A stretch of DNA of 64,000 nucleotides from Scenedesmus sp. PABB004 (Eukaryota). A program made the translations under genes and the position numbers. The notes under the pieces are model-generated. The model worked only from the letters and a program-made list of their open reading frames with translations, searched no databases and was not told the DNA's origin. Below, piece by piece: positions 24,403 to 36,567 of the stretch (position 1 is its first letter; each line of letters starts with the position of its first letter). Where the stretch lies: NCBI GenBank assembly GCA_014905635.1, contig CM026547.1:992001-1056000 (forward strand), given 5' to 3'.

Positions 24403-26742
24403 TCACACGGTGCGCGCCTTGCCCCCCGCGCTGCCGCCGCCGCCGCTCATGCTGCGCATGCTCTCCACGCGCCGCACGTTGCCGAGCGGCTTGGGCGCGA
24501 GGCGTGGGAAGAACACGGCGCGCAGGCCCTCGGCCCAGATGATGGGCAGGATGATGCGCGACGCGACGGCGAGCAGCGCGGCGCACATGTACACGCCCCG
24601 CAGCGTCGGCCGCGGGCGCAGCAGGCGGCTGACGCCGAAGAGCGCGACGCTGAAGAAGTGCATCACGAGCAGGCTGGGGCTGGGGTTGAGCCCGCTCAGC
24701 AGGCTGACCGGCCCGCTCGCGCACGCGCCGCCGCGCGCGAGGTAGTCGAAGCACGCGCCGCGCATTTCCTCGTGCGCGTCGCTGCCGGTGACGCAGAAGA
24801 CCGCGTAGAGCGCGTTGGCGAGCGTGTTGATCGTCGCGCTCACGGGCTTGCGCCGGGTGTAAAACTCGGCCGTGCGCCGCGCGGTCGCGATCGCGTCCTC
24901 GAACGACGGCAGCGGCGCGAGCATCTCGCAGAGCAGCCGTGTGTCGCTCAGCGCGACGGTCATGCCGCCGCCGGTGAGCGGGTGGCGCATGTTGAACGCG
25001 TCGCCCAGCAGCAGCGCGCCTGCGCGCGTGTGCGGACGCGCGGACGGACGTGGGCGCGCGGCGGTCGGCGCGGGCGGCGCGGCGCGGCGCGGTGCGGAGC
25101 CCGCCCGCGGCCGGCGGGGCGCCGCGGCGGGTGCGGGTGCGCGGCGCCGCGCGCGCACCCGGCTGGTGGAGGGGCTGGCAGACGACCTGCTTGTTCTGCA
25201 TGCTGCGGATCGCCTCCTTGTCGATGGCCTCGAGGAACGCCGGCCGCAGCTCCTCGGGCACCTGGGGCGCGACCACGCTGCGCAGGTGGCCCGGCAGGTC
25301 GGCCGGCAGCTTCGCGCCCGGCACGTCCACGAGGCAGCGCACCTGCGGGGCGCGTGGCGCGGCGCGCGCGCGGCGTCGGCGCGCGCCGCCGGGGCACCTG
25401 CTTGGCGCCCTGCCCTGCCCGCGCCGCGCTCCCGCGCGCCCCGCGGCCGCGGCCCGCCGGCGCGCGCGCGTGCGGAGGCGGCAGCGCGCCGCGCCTCGGT
25501 GGAGGAGATGGGGTAGAAGAGCACCGGCGAGGGCTCCGCGAGCACGACGTGCCCGTGGTTGGCGTACGGCAGCGCCACGCCGCGCAGCAGCAGCCCCACG
25601 AAGAAGCTCGGGTGGTGCACGTCGGCCTTCTCGGTCAGGGGCTTGCGGAAGTTGGAGTACATGCCGTCGCAGACGACGGTCAGGTGCGCGCGCGCTTCGT
25701 GCACCGCGCCGTCGCCCGCCTTGTAGCGCACGCCCGACACGGGCTGGCCCTCCTCCCAGTCGGCGCCCTCGTCTGCGGCGGCGCGGCGGCGCTGTGTGCG
25801 CGCGCGCCGCCGCCGCGGCGCCCGACGCCGTGCCCCGCCCAGCTGCTGCCACACTGCTGCCACTGCTGCCGCCGGCAGCGCGTCACCGCGGCCGCACCGT
25901 TGATGAGGCGCCGCACGGTCGCCTCGCGGCACGTGACCGACGCCTGCTCGGCGGCGCGCAGGCGCAGCTTCTGCACGAAGCGGCCGTGGTGGAAGCTCCG
26001 GCCCGCCACGTCGGCCGCGTAGCCCTCGGTCGGGTACTCGACCTCGGCGTACTTGCCGTCCTTGAAGATGGCATAGCCGTACACCTGCGCCGCGCGCCAG
26101 CGGCGTACGTGCGTTGCTGCTGCCGCAGCAGCCGCCGCTGCCGCCGCCGCCGCCGCCGCGGCTGCCGCAGGGGCGGCTGCCCCGCTCCGCGCAGGCGCGC
26201 AGGGCGCCGCCCGCGTCCGGCCACCGCCGCGCCGCCGCCGCGCCGCGCGCACCCGCTGGGAGTCGATGTCGTCGGTGCAGTCCTCGAGGCCCAGCTTCTT
26301 CAGCATCAGGTACCCGCCCGGCTGCAGCAGCTCGCCGACGATGCGGTCGGGCTGGCTGAAGTCGCGCTCCAGCAGCAGCACGCGCCGCCCCTCCTGCGCG
26401 GCGCACCGGCGGGCGCGTCGCACGCGCCGCGCGCGGCAGCGGCGCCCGGCGCGGCGCCGCCGCGGGCGCTCCCGGGCGCACCTTGCCCTGCTTGAACGCC
26501 AGCGCCGCGCCAGCGACGCCCGCACCCACCACGATCAGGTCCCACACCTGCGCGCGCCGGCGCGGGGGCGGTGGGCGGGCAGCGCAGGCAGTCTGGAGCT
26601 GCTGATGGCCCGCCCCGCGCCTCACGGCGCCTGGGCGCCCGCATGGCGGCCGCATGCGCACCTCTGGGTCGTTGCCATAGTCGTCCTGCGACGGTATGGC
26701 CGGCAGCGTCGCGTGCGCCGCGCTCTCCCCGCCCGCACCCAT
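24403..26742 (-). CDS. SQE1: Squalene epoxidase/monooxygenase; multi-exon
   Basis: FAD motif DLIVVGAGVAG; RIVGELLQPGG; GRSFHHGRF; LLGDAFNMRHPLTGGGMTVAL; INTLANALY. Confidence 0.96.
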   Translation of the reverse strand: MGAGGESAAHATLPAIPSQDDYGNDPEVRMRPPCGRPGAVRRGAGHQQLQTACAARPPPPRRRAQVWDLIVVGAGVAGAALAFKQGKVRPGAPAAAPRRAPLPRAARATRPPVRRAGGAARAAAGARLQPARPHRRRAAAAGRVPDAEEAGPRGLHRRHRLPAGARGAAAARRWPDAGGALRACAERGSRPCGSRGGGGGGSGGCCGSSNARTPLARGAGVRLCHLQGRQVRRGRVPDRGLRGRRGGPELPPRPLRAEAAPARRRAGVGHVPRGDRAAPHQRCGRGDALPAAAVAAVWQQLGGARRRAPRRRRARTQRRRAAADEGADWEEGQPVSGVRYKAGDGAVHEARAHLTVVCDGMYSNFRKPLTEKADVHHPSFFVGLLLRGVALPYANHGHVVLAEPSPVLFYPISSTEARRAAASARARAGGPRPRGARERGAGRAGRQAGAPAARADAARAPRHAPRRCAASWTCRARSCRPTCRATCAAWSRPRCPRSCGRRSSRPSTRRRSAACRTSRSSASPSTSRVRARRRAPAPAAAPRRPRAGSAPRRAAPPAPTAARPRPSARPHTRAGALLLGDAFNMRHPLTGGGMTVALSDTRLLCEMLAPLPSFEDAIATARRTAEFYTRRKPVSATINTLANALYAVFCVTGSDAHEEMRGACFDYLARGGACASGPVSLLSGLNPSPSLLVMHFFSVALFGVSRLLRPRPTLRGVYMCAALLAVASRIILPIIWAEGLRAVFFPRLAPKPLGNVRRVESMRSMSGGGGSAGGKARTV

Positions 26743-27199
26743 CCTGGGCGCCCGCCGCGCGCCGGCCGCAGCGCCGGCGTGCTCTCCGAGACCGGACGCG
26801 AGCGCGCTCGACTGCGCGTCTGGACGGCACGCGCGTCACGCGTGCGGCGCTGCGCAGAGGGCGCGGGCGTTTGCGCTCGCTGCGGGCGCACGTCGCCGTC
26901 GCGCGGGCGGGCTGTGCGGCTGGCCGTGGCGCGCGACGGCGGAGGCGATCCGGCAGCGCAGTCGGGTGCGGCGCGTGTGCCGTGCGCGCCGCCGCCGGTC
27001 ACCTCACGGTGCGCGTCGCGGCCACTCGCTGCTGCGCCCCGCGCGCTGCACCGCCGCGTGCGAGCCGCCGCGCACACGCCGCCGCCGCTGCGCCCGCCAC
27101 TGCCAAGCTCAGTCGCACTGCAGCAACACCGACGCGGCCGACGCCCCGCGCGCTGCACCGCTGCGCGCGCCGCCGCCGCTGCGCTGGGCACTCCCGAGC

Positions 27200-27464
27200 T
27201 CAGCTGCACTGCAGCAGCACCTTGCCGACGCGGCCGACGACCTGGCTCTCCGCCACGGCGGCCTTCCAGTCGGCGAGGGCAAACTTCTTGCCGATCGCCG
27301 GCGAGAGCGTGCCGTCGGCCATCAGCGCGAGCGTCTTGTCCACGACCGCCGCGCGCTCGGCCGGCGTCTTGGACTCGAGCCAGGGCACGAGCCAAAAGCC
27401 CCGATACCCGACGCCCCTGTAAAGTTTGGCGCAGCGCGCACGCCGCGGCGGCGGCCGCGTGGGC

Positions 27465-27498
<34 letters not shown>

Positions 27499-28643
27499 GC
27501 CAGGCAGCGCCCACCACGACCGCCCCCCGCGCGGGCGCGCGCCTGAAGAGCAGCTCGGGGCCGTTGCCTGTGAAGGTCAGGCCGCCCATGAGGCCGTAGA
27601 GCCACACCGTGCCGCCGGCGCGGCAGCACGCCGCGAGCGCCTCGGCGAGCTCCCCTCCGACGCTGTCGATCACCGCCGCCGCGAGCCGCCCGCCCGTGAT
27701 CGCGGACACGCGGTCCTTCAGGCCCTCGCTGCTGCACACGACCTCGTCGCACCTGCGGCCGCGGGACCGCGGACCGCCGCCGGGTCAGGGGCGCGGCGGC
27801 GGGCTGGGGCTCGAGCGCGCCGACACCGCGCCGACCGCGCGTCAACACCGCGCGCGCCGACCGCCCGCGCGCACCCGGTGCTGGCCTTGAGCTCCGCCGC
27901 CGCCTCGGCGCGGCGCACGACGCCGATGGTCTTGATGCCCTCCGCGCGCGCGGCGGCGATGAGCATGCGGCCGAGCGTCGACCCCGCGGCGGTGATGAGC
28001 ACGTGGTCCCCCGCCGCGACGCGCGCGACCTCCAGCAGGCCGACCACCGTCACCGGGTTGATGTAGACCTGCGGCGGCAGGGCAGCGGCCGTCGGCGGCG
28101 AGCCGCTGCTGGCGCCGCCGGCGCCGCCGTCGCGCCTGGCACGCACCTGCGCGCCGGCCTCGTCGCTGATGGCGTCCGGCAGCGCGACGAGGCGGTCGGC
28201 GGGCAGCGTGATCGCCTGCTGCCACGACCCGCCGCCGCCCTCCGCGGCGAGCCAGCCCAGGCTCGTCACGCGGTCGCCGGGCTTGAAGGCCGACACCCCG
28301 GGGCCGACCTTGGACACCACGCCCATGCCGTCAAAGCCCAGCACGCCGGGCTTGGGGAAGCCTGCGCCGCGGCGGCAGCGTCTCGGGCGCCGCGGCGGCA
28401 GCGCGCCGGCGGCGCCGGTGGCGCTGAAGGGCGCGGCGAGGGCTGGCAGCGGCAGCGGCGCGGACCCGGGTAGACGCCCATGAGGCTGAAGACGTCGGAG
28501 GGGTTGACGCCCGCGTACTTCATCGCCACCGTGACCTCCCCCGCGCCCGGATCGGCGGCGACTCGCTTGACGAGCGCCGCGGCGTCCGTGGGGCTCGCGG
28601 CGTTGAACGCCGTGATCGCCACGGCGTCGTGCTCGGCCGCCAT
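27200..28643 (-). CDS. MDR-family NADPH oxidoreductase (trans-2-enoyl-CoA reductase / quinone oxidoreductase-like); multi-exon
   Basis: AGVNPSDV..GVYP, GFDGMGVVSKVGPGV, YINPVTV, ITAAGSTLGRML, YRGFWL, GKVLL. Confidence 0.9.
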
Positions 28644-29022
28644 GGCGGTGGGCGCGGCGTGCGCTGCCTGCGCGCGCGTGAGCGGTGGCGGCGTCGCCGC
28701 AGCAGCAGCGCGCAGCTGCGACGCGGCGCGGCCGCGCGCTCAGGCGCTCAGAGCTGCCGCCTCACCTCAGCTGTGTGTGGCCACCGGCCGCTCCTGTTTG
28801 GAGTGGGAGCGGGAGCGGGGGGCGCCCCGGCCAAGCCGGGAGCGCTCGCGATCGATGACCTCACGATGTTTTTGGCACGCGGTTTTTCGAGCCCCCACAC
28901 GACGGCCGGGAGGCCTCCCTCTCAGATTTACGCCCACCGCCGCTCGGCGGACGGAGCACACACCGCGCCGACAGCAGCGGCGGCAGCGGCGGCAGCGGCG
29001 CAGCGGCGGCAGCGGCGGCAGC

Positions 29023-30528
29023 ATGATGCAGTCCCCCGCGCTGCTGCAGCGCCTGGCCCGCCCGGCGGGGCTGCCGGCGGGGAGCCTGCTACCAGGCCGC
29101 GCAGCGCGCGCGGCGCCGCGGGCGACGGCGCCGGGCCGCCAAGTGCGCGGCCGCCGCGCGCCGGCCGCGCAGCCGGCGGCGGGCGCAATTGCTGCGCCGC
29201 GGCCCCCGGCCTGCCCCCCACGGCGCGCCCGCACGCCCGCAGGTCGCGGCGCCCAGCAGCAGCGGCGGCGTGGCGCCCGCGCCGCGGCGCGGCCCGCCGG
29301 CGCAGCGCCGCGCGGGCCCGCCGGCGCCGCGCGCGAGCGGCGGCGGCGGCGCCGGCGGCGGCGAGGGCGCGGGCGGCGCGGAGGGCGGCGGCGGCGCGGG
29401 GCTGGCGGTGAACGCGGCGCTGCTAGGCCTGTGGGCGGGGCTGATGGCCTACGTCTTTGTGCTCGCGCCGAACCAGACGCCCACAATCGACGCCTTTGTG
29501 GTGCAGAAGCTCGTGGGGTGCGCCCGCCCGCCGCCGCGCCGCCCGCCGCCTGCCGCTGCCCTCGCCGCGCCGCCCGCGCGCGCCCGCCCACGCCCCGCGC
29601 CCCGCGCGCCGTGCCCGCCCGCGCGCCGCGCCAGGCTCAAGGCGGACGACCCGTTCCAGGTCAACGTGGTCTTCACGGCGCTGTGGAACTGCATGGGCCT
29701 CTACCCCCTCATCTACGCCGCCATACTCATCCCCGGCGCGCGCACCGACAAGGCACGCGCATGCGCGCGCGCACGCTCGCACACGCAGGCGCCGCCCCGC
29801 CCGGCGCGCGCGGCGGGCGCCCCGCCCGCCCACCTCCGCGCGTCGCGTCGCGTCGCGCGCAGCTGCCGGCGTGGCCGTTTGTGTGCGCGTCGGTCTTCCT
29901 CGGCGCCTACGCCCTCATTCCCTACATGGCCCTCTGGGCGCCCAAGAGCCCGCCCGAGGCGCTGCCGCCGCCCGCGGCGGAGCTGGTGCGCGCGCGGCGC
30001 GGCGCGGCGCGGTTGCCGCGCGAGCAGTGCGAGCAGCGCGCGCCCGCCTCCGCGCCCCGCAGGAGGGCCCTGGCCGGTTCTACATGCGCGCCGCCGAGAC
30101 GCCCTGGCTCGGCGCGGCGCTCGCCGCGGGCGCGGGCTACTGGCTGTTAGCGGCGCTCTCCGCCGGCGGCGGCGCGTGGGCGGGCTACCTGCAGCTCTTT
30201 GACGAGAGCCGCCTCGTGCACGCGACGAGCGTCGACTTCGCGCTCTGCACGCTGCTCATGCCGTTTTGGATGGCCAACGACGCGCAGGGGCGCAACTGGG
30301 ACAAGAGGTGCGTGCGCGCGTCGCGCGGGGCCAGGGCGCAGCGGCGGCGGCGCGCCCGGGCGGCGGAGCGCGCCTCGGCTGACGCGCGGCGCGCCCCCGC
30401 CCGCGCGTCGCCGTGCGCCGCGCAGCGGGCTCGTGCCGCTGCTGTGCCTGCTGCCGCTGGTGGGGCCCGCCACCTACCTGCTGCTGCGGCCCAAGACCTA
30501 CGACGGCAGCAGCAGCGCCAGCAGCTGA
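29023..30528 (+). CDS. Probable plastid multi-pass membrane protein (DUF2834-like, conserved in plants and cyanobacteria); multi-exon
   Basis: Transit-peptide-like N-terminus; TM segments with APNQTP..D, LWNCMGLYPLIYA, PAWPF...LGAYALIPYMALW, SRLVHATSVDF, PLVGPATYLLLRP. Confidence 0.7.
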
Positions 30529-31279
30529 CGCGAGTGTAACGAAAGGTTACTTGAACACCCCGCTGCGCGCCTGCAGGCACACCAGCAGCTTGACAGACAG
30601 ACAGACAGGCAGCAGTCCCTGCGGCCCGCGCGCCCCCAGCTGGCCCCAGCCGCCGGCGGCGCGTCCAGCGCCGGCCGTTATTTGCCCTCCGTTGTCCAGA
30701 GTTCTGAGCTCCCTCCTGCCTGCGTTTATTCCGAACTGTCAGCTGCCTGCCTGCTTGTCGACACACAGAATCCAGAGCCCACGCGCGCGCCTGGCGCGCA
30801 GCACTGGCCGCGCGCCCAGCGGGCGCTCCTGCATGAATTCAGGCGAATGGCGCGTGGCCGCGACCCCTGCCGGCGGCACGGGCCGCCGGCAGGCAATGAG
30901 GGCGCTGGGGTCTGCACAGGGCACACCGCCTGCCGGCTCCGAGGGTGGTGCGCGGTGGCGCAGAGCCCTCGCCGGCCGGGGCGCCGCACAGGCGGCACGG
31001 CGTGCTGCTACCGCGCCGCCGGCCGGCGGCGGCGCGCCGAGCACGCCAAGTGCGGCAGCGCTCCCGACCCGTCGTGTCAGTGCGTGGGTTCCTCGGGCAG
31101 AGCCCAAGCGCTCGCGGGCGCTCACAGACTGTGAAGCCTCTACAACGCGGCTGGCCTGCCTGCCCTCCAACACTGGGCGGGCAGCGCCGCCGCCAGACAG
31201 CCTGCACAGGCAGGGACAGGAGAGAAGTGGGAGGCAGGCATCCCACCCAGCCCAGCGCGCGTCAGGCCGCGCCGCCGCG

Positions 31280-34200
31280 TCAGCTTGAGCCGCTGTAGTA
31301 CGCGGACAGCCGCGCCGCCGCGAGCGCCTGCTGCTGCGGCGTGAGCGGCGTGCTGCCCTTGGCCGCCGCCGCGGGCGCCGGCGCCGCGAGCGCGGCCGCG
31401 AGCGCCGCCGCGGGCAGCTTGCGGGGCTGGCCGTTGGGCGCCAGCACGCGCGCGACGCTCGACGGCCGGCTGCTGCCCGCCGCGGGCGCGGGCGTGAGCG
31501 GCGTGCGCCAGCCCGAGCCGGCAAAGTCGCTGCCCTGGCTCACCGCCGAGTCTGGCTGCGCCCTCGCGCGCGCCGCCGCGGCCACCGCGTCGCTGTGCAG
31601 CGTCGCGCGCAGGCTGGTGATGCTGCTGGCCAGCAGAGCGCGCTCCCGCGCCGCCGACGCGGCCGCCGCGCCGGCGGCGCTCGCCGCCGCGGCAGAGCGC
31701 GTCAGCAGCGACTGCCCCGAGCTGGGCCGGCTGGGCGCGCTGGCGCCCACCAGCCCGCCGGTGAGCGGGCCGGACGAGGACGACGACGCCGGCGCTGCCG
31801 CGGGGCTGCCGAAGAGCCGCTGCGGCGCGACGCCGCGGCCGGGCACGGCCGCCGCCGCCGCAGCCGCCGCCGCCTGCGCGGCGCCGCTGCGGGCGCCCGC
31901 GCTCGGCGTGCGCGGCGCGGCGGGCCGGCTCGCGCCGCTGGCGCTGGAGCTGGAGCTGGCGCTGCCGCTGCGCTCGCCGAGGCGGTCCTGCAGCTGCCGC
32001 AGCGACAGGTCGCTCAGCGTCTTGCCGATGCACGGCGCGGCCTCGCCGCGGCTGGTGACCTGCTGCGCCGTCGCGTCGACGACCAGGTTGATGTGCATCG
32101 GCAGCGCCGCGCCGCCCTTGCCGCCGGCGTCCGCGCGCGCGCACGCGGCCGCGCTGCCGGCGCTGCTGGCGGGGCTGGCCGCCGCGCGCGGCGCCGCCGC
32201 CGCCGCGGCGATCGTCGCCGCCGCGGGCGTGACGCCCCACATGAGCGGCGGCGGGTGGGGGCCGTGCAGGGCGCGGTAGGCCTCGCCCTCCATCCACATG
32301 ATGCGCTGGATGTCCTTTATGAACCCCTGCTGCGGCCCGATCACGCTGCCGGGCCTGCGGCGGCAGAGGCGGCGTGTGCGGCGGCAGAGGCGGCGTGTGC
32401 CGTCGGCGGCGGGCTCCCCGCCAAGCGCGCCGCGCGCCGCGCGGGCTGGGCGGGCCAGGCGCGTCGCCGGCCCCGCCTCGGCACAGCCTCGGCCAGCGGC
32501 CGGCCCTGTCACCTGCAGATGCGGATGTAGCCGATGACCTCCTCCGCCGTGAAGCCGTAGTGCTTCATGATGTAGGAGCAGATCAGCACGCCCGTGCGGC
32601 CGAGCCCGGCCTTGCAGTGCACCGCGAGCGCGCCGGGCGCCGCCTCGGCGAGCGCGAGGAAGCGCAGCAGGATGTCCTGGCTCGGGCAGGAGCCGTCGGG
32701 GAAGTAGAGCTCCGTGTGCGCAAAACCGCCGTCGAGGAAGCGCTTGCGGTCGTACACCTGGCGGCGGCACGCGGATCACGCGGCACGCGGCGCGCAGCGG
32801 AGGTGGGGCAGGACGCGGCACGCGGCGGCGGTGGCGGCAGCACGCAGCACGGCGCATGGCCGCGGGCGGCGCGCCGGCGCACCTTTTTGTTGAGCCGCAC
32901 GACGCCGCGCACGCCGCGGCGGCCAAAGTAGTCCCAGTAGTCCTCCGGCACCATCGCCCTGAAGCCGACGTAGTCGGTCGGCCGCGCGGCGGGGCCGCTG
33001 AACGCGACGAGCTTGCCCGGCACGATCCAGTTGAGGTCGCCGTTCTCAACCTGCGGGGACGACCAGGGCGCAGGCGGCACGGCGACGGTGAGGGACGAAC
33101 GAACAGCTTAGCAAGCAGGGCGCGCTGGGCGAGGCGGGCGTGCCCGCGGCGGCGCGCGGGCGCGCGGGCCGGGCGCGCGGCCGCCGCGGTGGCGGGCGGG
33201 TGGGTGGGCGGGCGCGCGGGGTGGCGGCCCCACCCACCTGCTCGTAGTGCTCGTACTCGTCCAGGTCGAAGCGCCAGCTGCCGCCGCTGGCGTCGATGAA
33301 ACCCACGTCGCGCGCCTTGGCCAGGCCCTGAGAGGAGCGCGGGGAGGAGGCTCGGCGCGCGGCGGCGCGCGCCGAAGCCGCCGCTTCTCGCCACCGCCCG
33401 CCGCCGGCGGGCGCGCGCGTGCGCCCTCGGTGGCGTGCGCGCACCCTGATGCAGTCGATGGGCTGCAGGTTGAACGTCGGCACGCCGCACGAGGCGTCCC
33501 GGAAGGGCATGTAGGGCGCCTGGCACGCGAGCGGCGCGTAGGCCTCCTCGGGGCTGCGGTTGAGGTACAGCACCTCAAACGCGCCCACCTGACGGCGGCG
33601 GCGGCGGCGGCGGCGCGGCGGACGCGCGGCGGACGCGCGGCGGGCGCGTGGGCCGCCGTCGCCGTGCGCCGGCGGCCGCTGGCTCATAGGCAGGGGTGCC
33701 GGCCGGCGCCGCTGCCGCTGCTCATTGGCGGGGGGCCTGCCGGCGCCGTTGCTGCAGCTGCCGCCGCCGCGCGCCACTGCTGCCTGCGCCGCGGCCGCCG
33801 CTGGTGGCCCGGCGCCGCGCGCGCACCAGGACCGCCGCATTGGCCCAAGCCTGCGGCGCCGGCCCGGTGCAGAGGTACAGCCGCTTGCCCAGGCGCTCCG
33901 CCTCCTGCGGCGGCCGGCGGTGCGGTGTGGGTGTGGGCCGGCGCGGCGGCCCTCACCGCGTGCGGCGCGTGCGGCGCGCGCGCCTGGAGCAGCGCGCGCG
34001 TGTGTTCGCAGAAGCGGTAGGTCTTGCCCAGGTTCAGCGGCCCAAAGTCGGCGTAGAAGGGCTCATACAGCTGGGGGCGGGGCGGGTCGGGCGTGGGGCG
34101 GCGCGGCGCGCAAATGGCGGCGCGCGCGCCAGTTGGGAGCGGCGCCGCACCAGCTCGGCGTCGATGCTGTAGCACAGCCCCGCGGCGGCCGTCGGGGAGT

Positions 34201-34368
34201 AGGCGGGGCTGTCGGCGTGCTTCAGGAAGGCGACGTAGAAGCGGCCGGGTACGATTTCCGCCGCCTGCGCGCAGCAGGTACGGGGCGCGGTCAGGGGGCG
34301 CCCCCGGCGCGCCCGGCCGCCCGCGGGCTCCGGCGCCGGGCCCGGACCTGCGAAAACTCGTCGTCCAT
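31280..34368 (-). CDS. CDC14: CDC14 dual-specificity protein phosphatase; multi-exon
   Basis: YEPFYADFGPLNLG, PFRDAS, YEHYEQVENGDLNWIVPGK, VVRLNKK, catalytic HCKAGLGRTG, RPGSVIGPQQ. Confidence 0.96.
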
Positions 34369-34896
34369 GGCGCCCGAGCGCTCCGCGAGCGCGCTGGGAG
34401 TCGGTCTGCCCGGCGCGCCGGCCGGCTTGGGCAAGCCGCGAGCGCCCGCGTCGCGTGCGGGGCCTGCTGCACGGCGGCCGCAACCACAACTGTGAGAGAT
34501 GCAACGCGGGTGTGGGCGGCGAGCGCCAGCGCGGGTGGAGCGCCAGGCGCGGCGGCGGGGCGCAGTAGGCGGCGCCGCGTGACGAGCTGCGGCGGCGGCG
34601 CCGCCGGCCGGGCTGACCTCGCGGCGCGCTGGCAGGGGCGGGTCGCCGCGACGAGAGGGAGGACCCGGTTGCCCGGCGCCGCCGGCCGGCGCCGCGGCCG
34701 CTGCAGCCGGCGCGCGCGGCGCCGGCCGCTCGCCACGATCCGCGCCGCCGCGCCCGGAGCTCGGCGCGGAGCTCGCAGCTCCCTCGCGCCGCTGCCGGCA
34801 CAGCCCTCTTCTCGCCGCCCCGGCGCCTCGGTCGGACGCTCGGCCCCCTGCCGCTCGGTGTCCTGCTGCCGCTCCGCGCGCCGCCGCCGCGCCGGC

Positions 34897-35347
34897 TCAC
34901 TTCTTCTTCTTGTCCTTGTGCTGCGGGAACCTGCGGCGGGGCGCGGGCGGCGAGGCTGCTGGGGACGCCGCCGACGGAAGGCCGCGAGGGGCCGGCCGCC
35001 GTCCTGGCCGCGGCCGCGGCCGCCGCCCCGGCCGCCGCCCCGGCCGCCGCCCCGGTGCCGGCTCACTTGCGCGTCGGCGCAAACTCGCCAAACTTGTGGC
35101 CGACCATGTTCTCCGACACCTCGATGCGCGCCATGCGCTTGCTGCCGTTGTGCACGAAGAACACGCAGCGCAGGAAGTCGGGCAGGATCACGCTCGCGCG
35201 GCTCTGCGTGCGGATGATCGCCGGCGCGGGCGCGCCCTGGAAGCGCGTGCGGCCCCACCACTCGGGGTGCGCGCGCGCCATGGCGATGACGTCGCGCAGC
35301 AGGCTGACCGCGACGTAGGGCCCCTTCCACGCCGCGCGGCCGCCCAT
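34897..35347 (-). CDS. RPS19: Nuclear-encoded mitochondrial ribosomal protein uS19; 2 exons
   Basis: RAAWKGPYV...[10 protein letters not shown]...VHNG...[18 protein letters not shown]; a GT-AG intron joins this to [10 protein letters not shown]. Confidence 0.92.
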
Positions 35348-35945
35348 GGCGGCGGCGCGGTCGGGACCGCGCCGCACGCGCGGCCGCCGCCGCCGCTGGC
35401 TGCTGCCCGGCGGCGCGGCCGCCGCCGCCGCGGGCCGCAGGCGCGACGGGCCCGGCGCTGGTGGTGGCGCCGCAGAAGCGGCGGCCCGCGCGGCGTGGGC
35501 CCGGCGCCGCCGCCGCCGCTGCTGCTGCCGCCGCTGCTGCTCTCCTGCTGCTGCTGCTGCTGCTGCTGTTGCGCCTGCTCCTGCGCCCTGATGGGAGCCT
35601 GCACCGCGCGCTCCCGGGCAGCGGGCACCACCAGCGGCCGTCCGCGAGGCGGCCCAGGTGCGGATCGAGGCGCTGGGCGAGCGCGCAGCCGCGAGCCGGC
35701 GCGACGCTACGCGTGGAGGGGAGGTGCGACTGGGGCGGGATGGCGTCTGGGGGCGGGCGCGCATCAACAGCGGCGGCGGTGCAGCGGCGGCGGTGCAGGT
35801 CTTGGCCGCTCGGCCGCCGCGCCGTTGGCCGCGTGTGTGCTGGAGCTGGGCCCGCCGCATAGAGGAGCTGAGCTGGCGCTCGACCGGCCGCGCCGCACGC
35901 ACGCATGCCGCCGCACGCGCGCGGTTGACCGCAGCGCCCGCAGCG

Positions 35946-36532
35946 ATGGAGAGCGCGCAGAAGGAGTCGTTCAGGCGCTACCTGGAGAGCGCCGGCGTGG
36001 TGGACGCGCTCACCAAAGGCACGCGCTGCTCACCCGCCAGAGCGGCTCGACCGTCGCCGCCGCTGCTCACCCGCCGCACGCGCCCCGCGCGCAGTGCTGG
36101 TCTCGCTGTACGAGGAGCCCGACAAGCCCAAGTCTGCCATCGAGTGAGCTGGGCGCCGGCGCGCGGCGACGCAGCCAGGGGCGGCGCGCGCCCCGCTCAC
36201 GCCCCCGCCCCGCTGGCGCCACCCGCGCCGCGCCCACCACGCGCCGTGCCGCGCCTCTCCGCCAGCTACGTCAAGTCCGTGCTGGGCGGCCCGACGCCGG
36301 CGGAGTTCGAGGCGCTGCTGGCGGAGCGCGACGCGCTGCGGCACGAGCTGGAGGACGCGCGTGCGGAGATCGCGGAGCTGCAGCAGCAGGTGCGGCACCG
36401 CTGCGCGGCCGCGCCGCGACCCGCCGCCCGCGTGCGCGCGCCAAGCAAGCAAGCGCTCACCCGCCCTGCCGCCGCCGCCGCCGCCGCCGCGCGCAGGCGC
36501 AGGGAGCCGCGCCGCCGGCGGCGCCCGCGTGA
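35946..36532 (+). CDS. MYCBP: c-Myc-binding protein / FAP174 homologue; 4 exons
   Basis: [40 protein letters not shown] followed by a coiled coil, matching the MYCBP signature. Confidence 0.9.
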
Positions 36533-36567
36533 GGTCGTGTTACCTGCGAGCTGCAGGCTGCAACGCG

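Noticed and set aside
24403..28643. Biosynthetic gene cluster (squalene epoxidase + reductase)
   Set aside because: Only two generic enzymes; no cyclase, P450 or other pathway genes nearby
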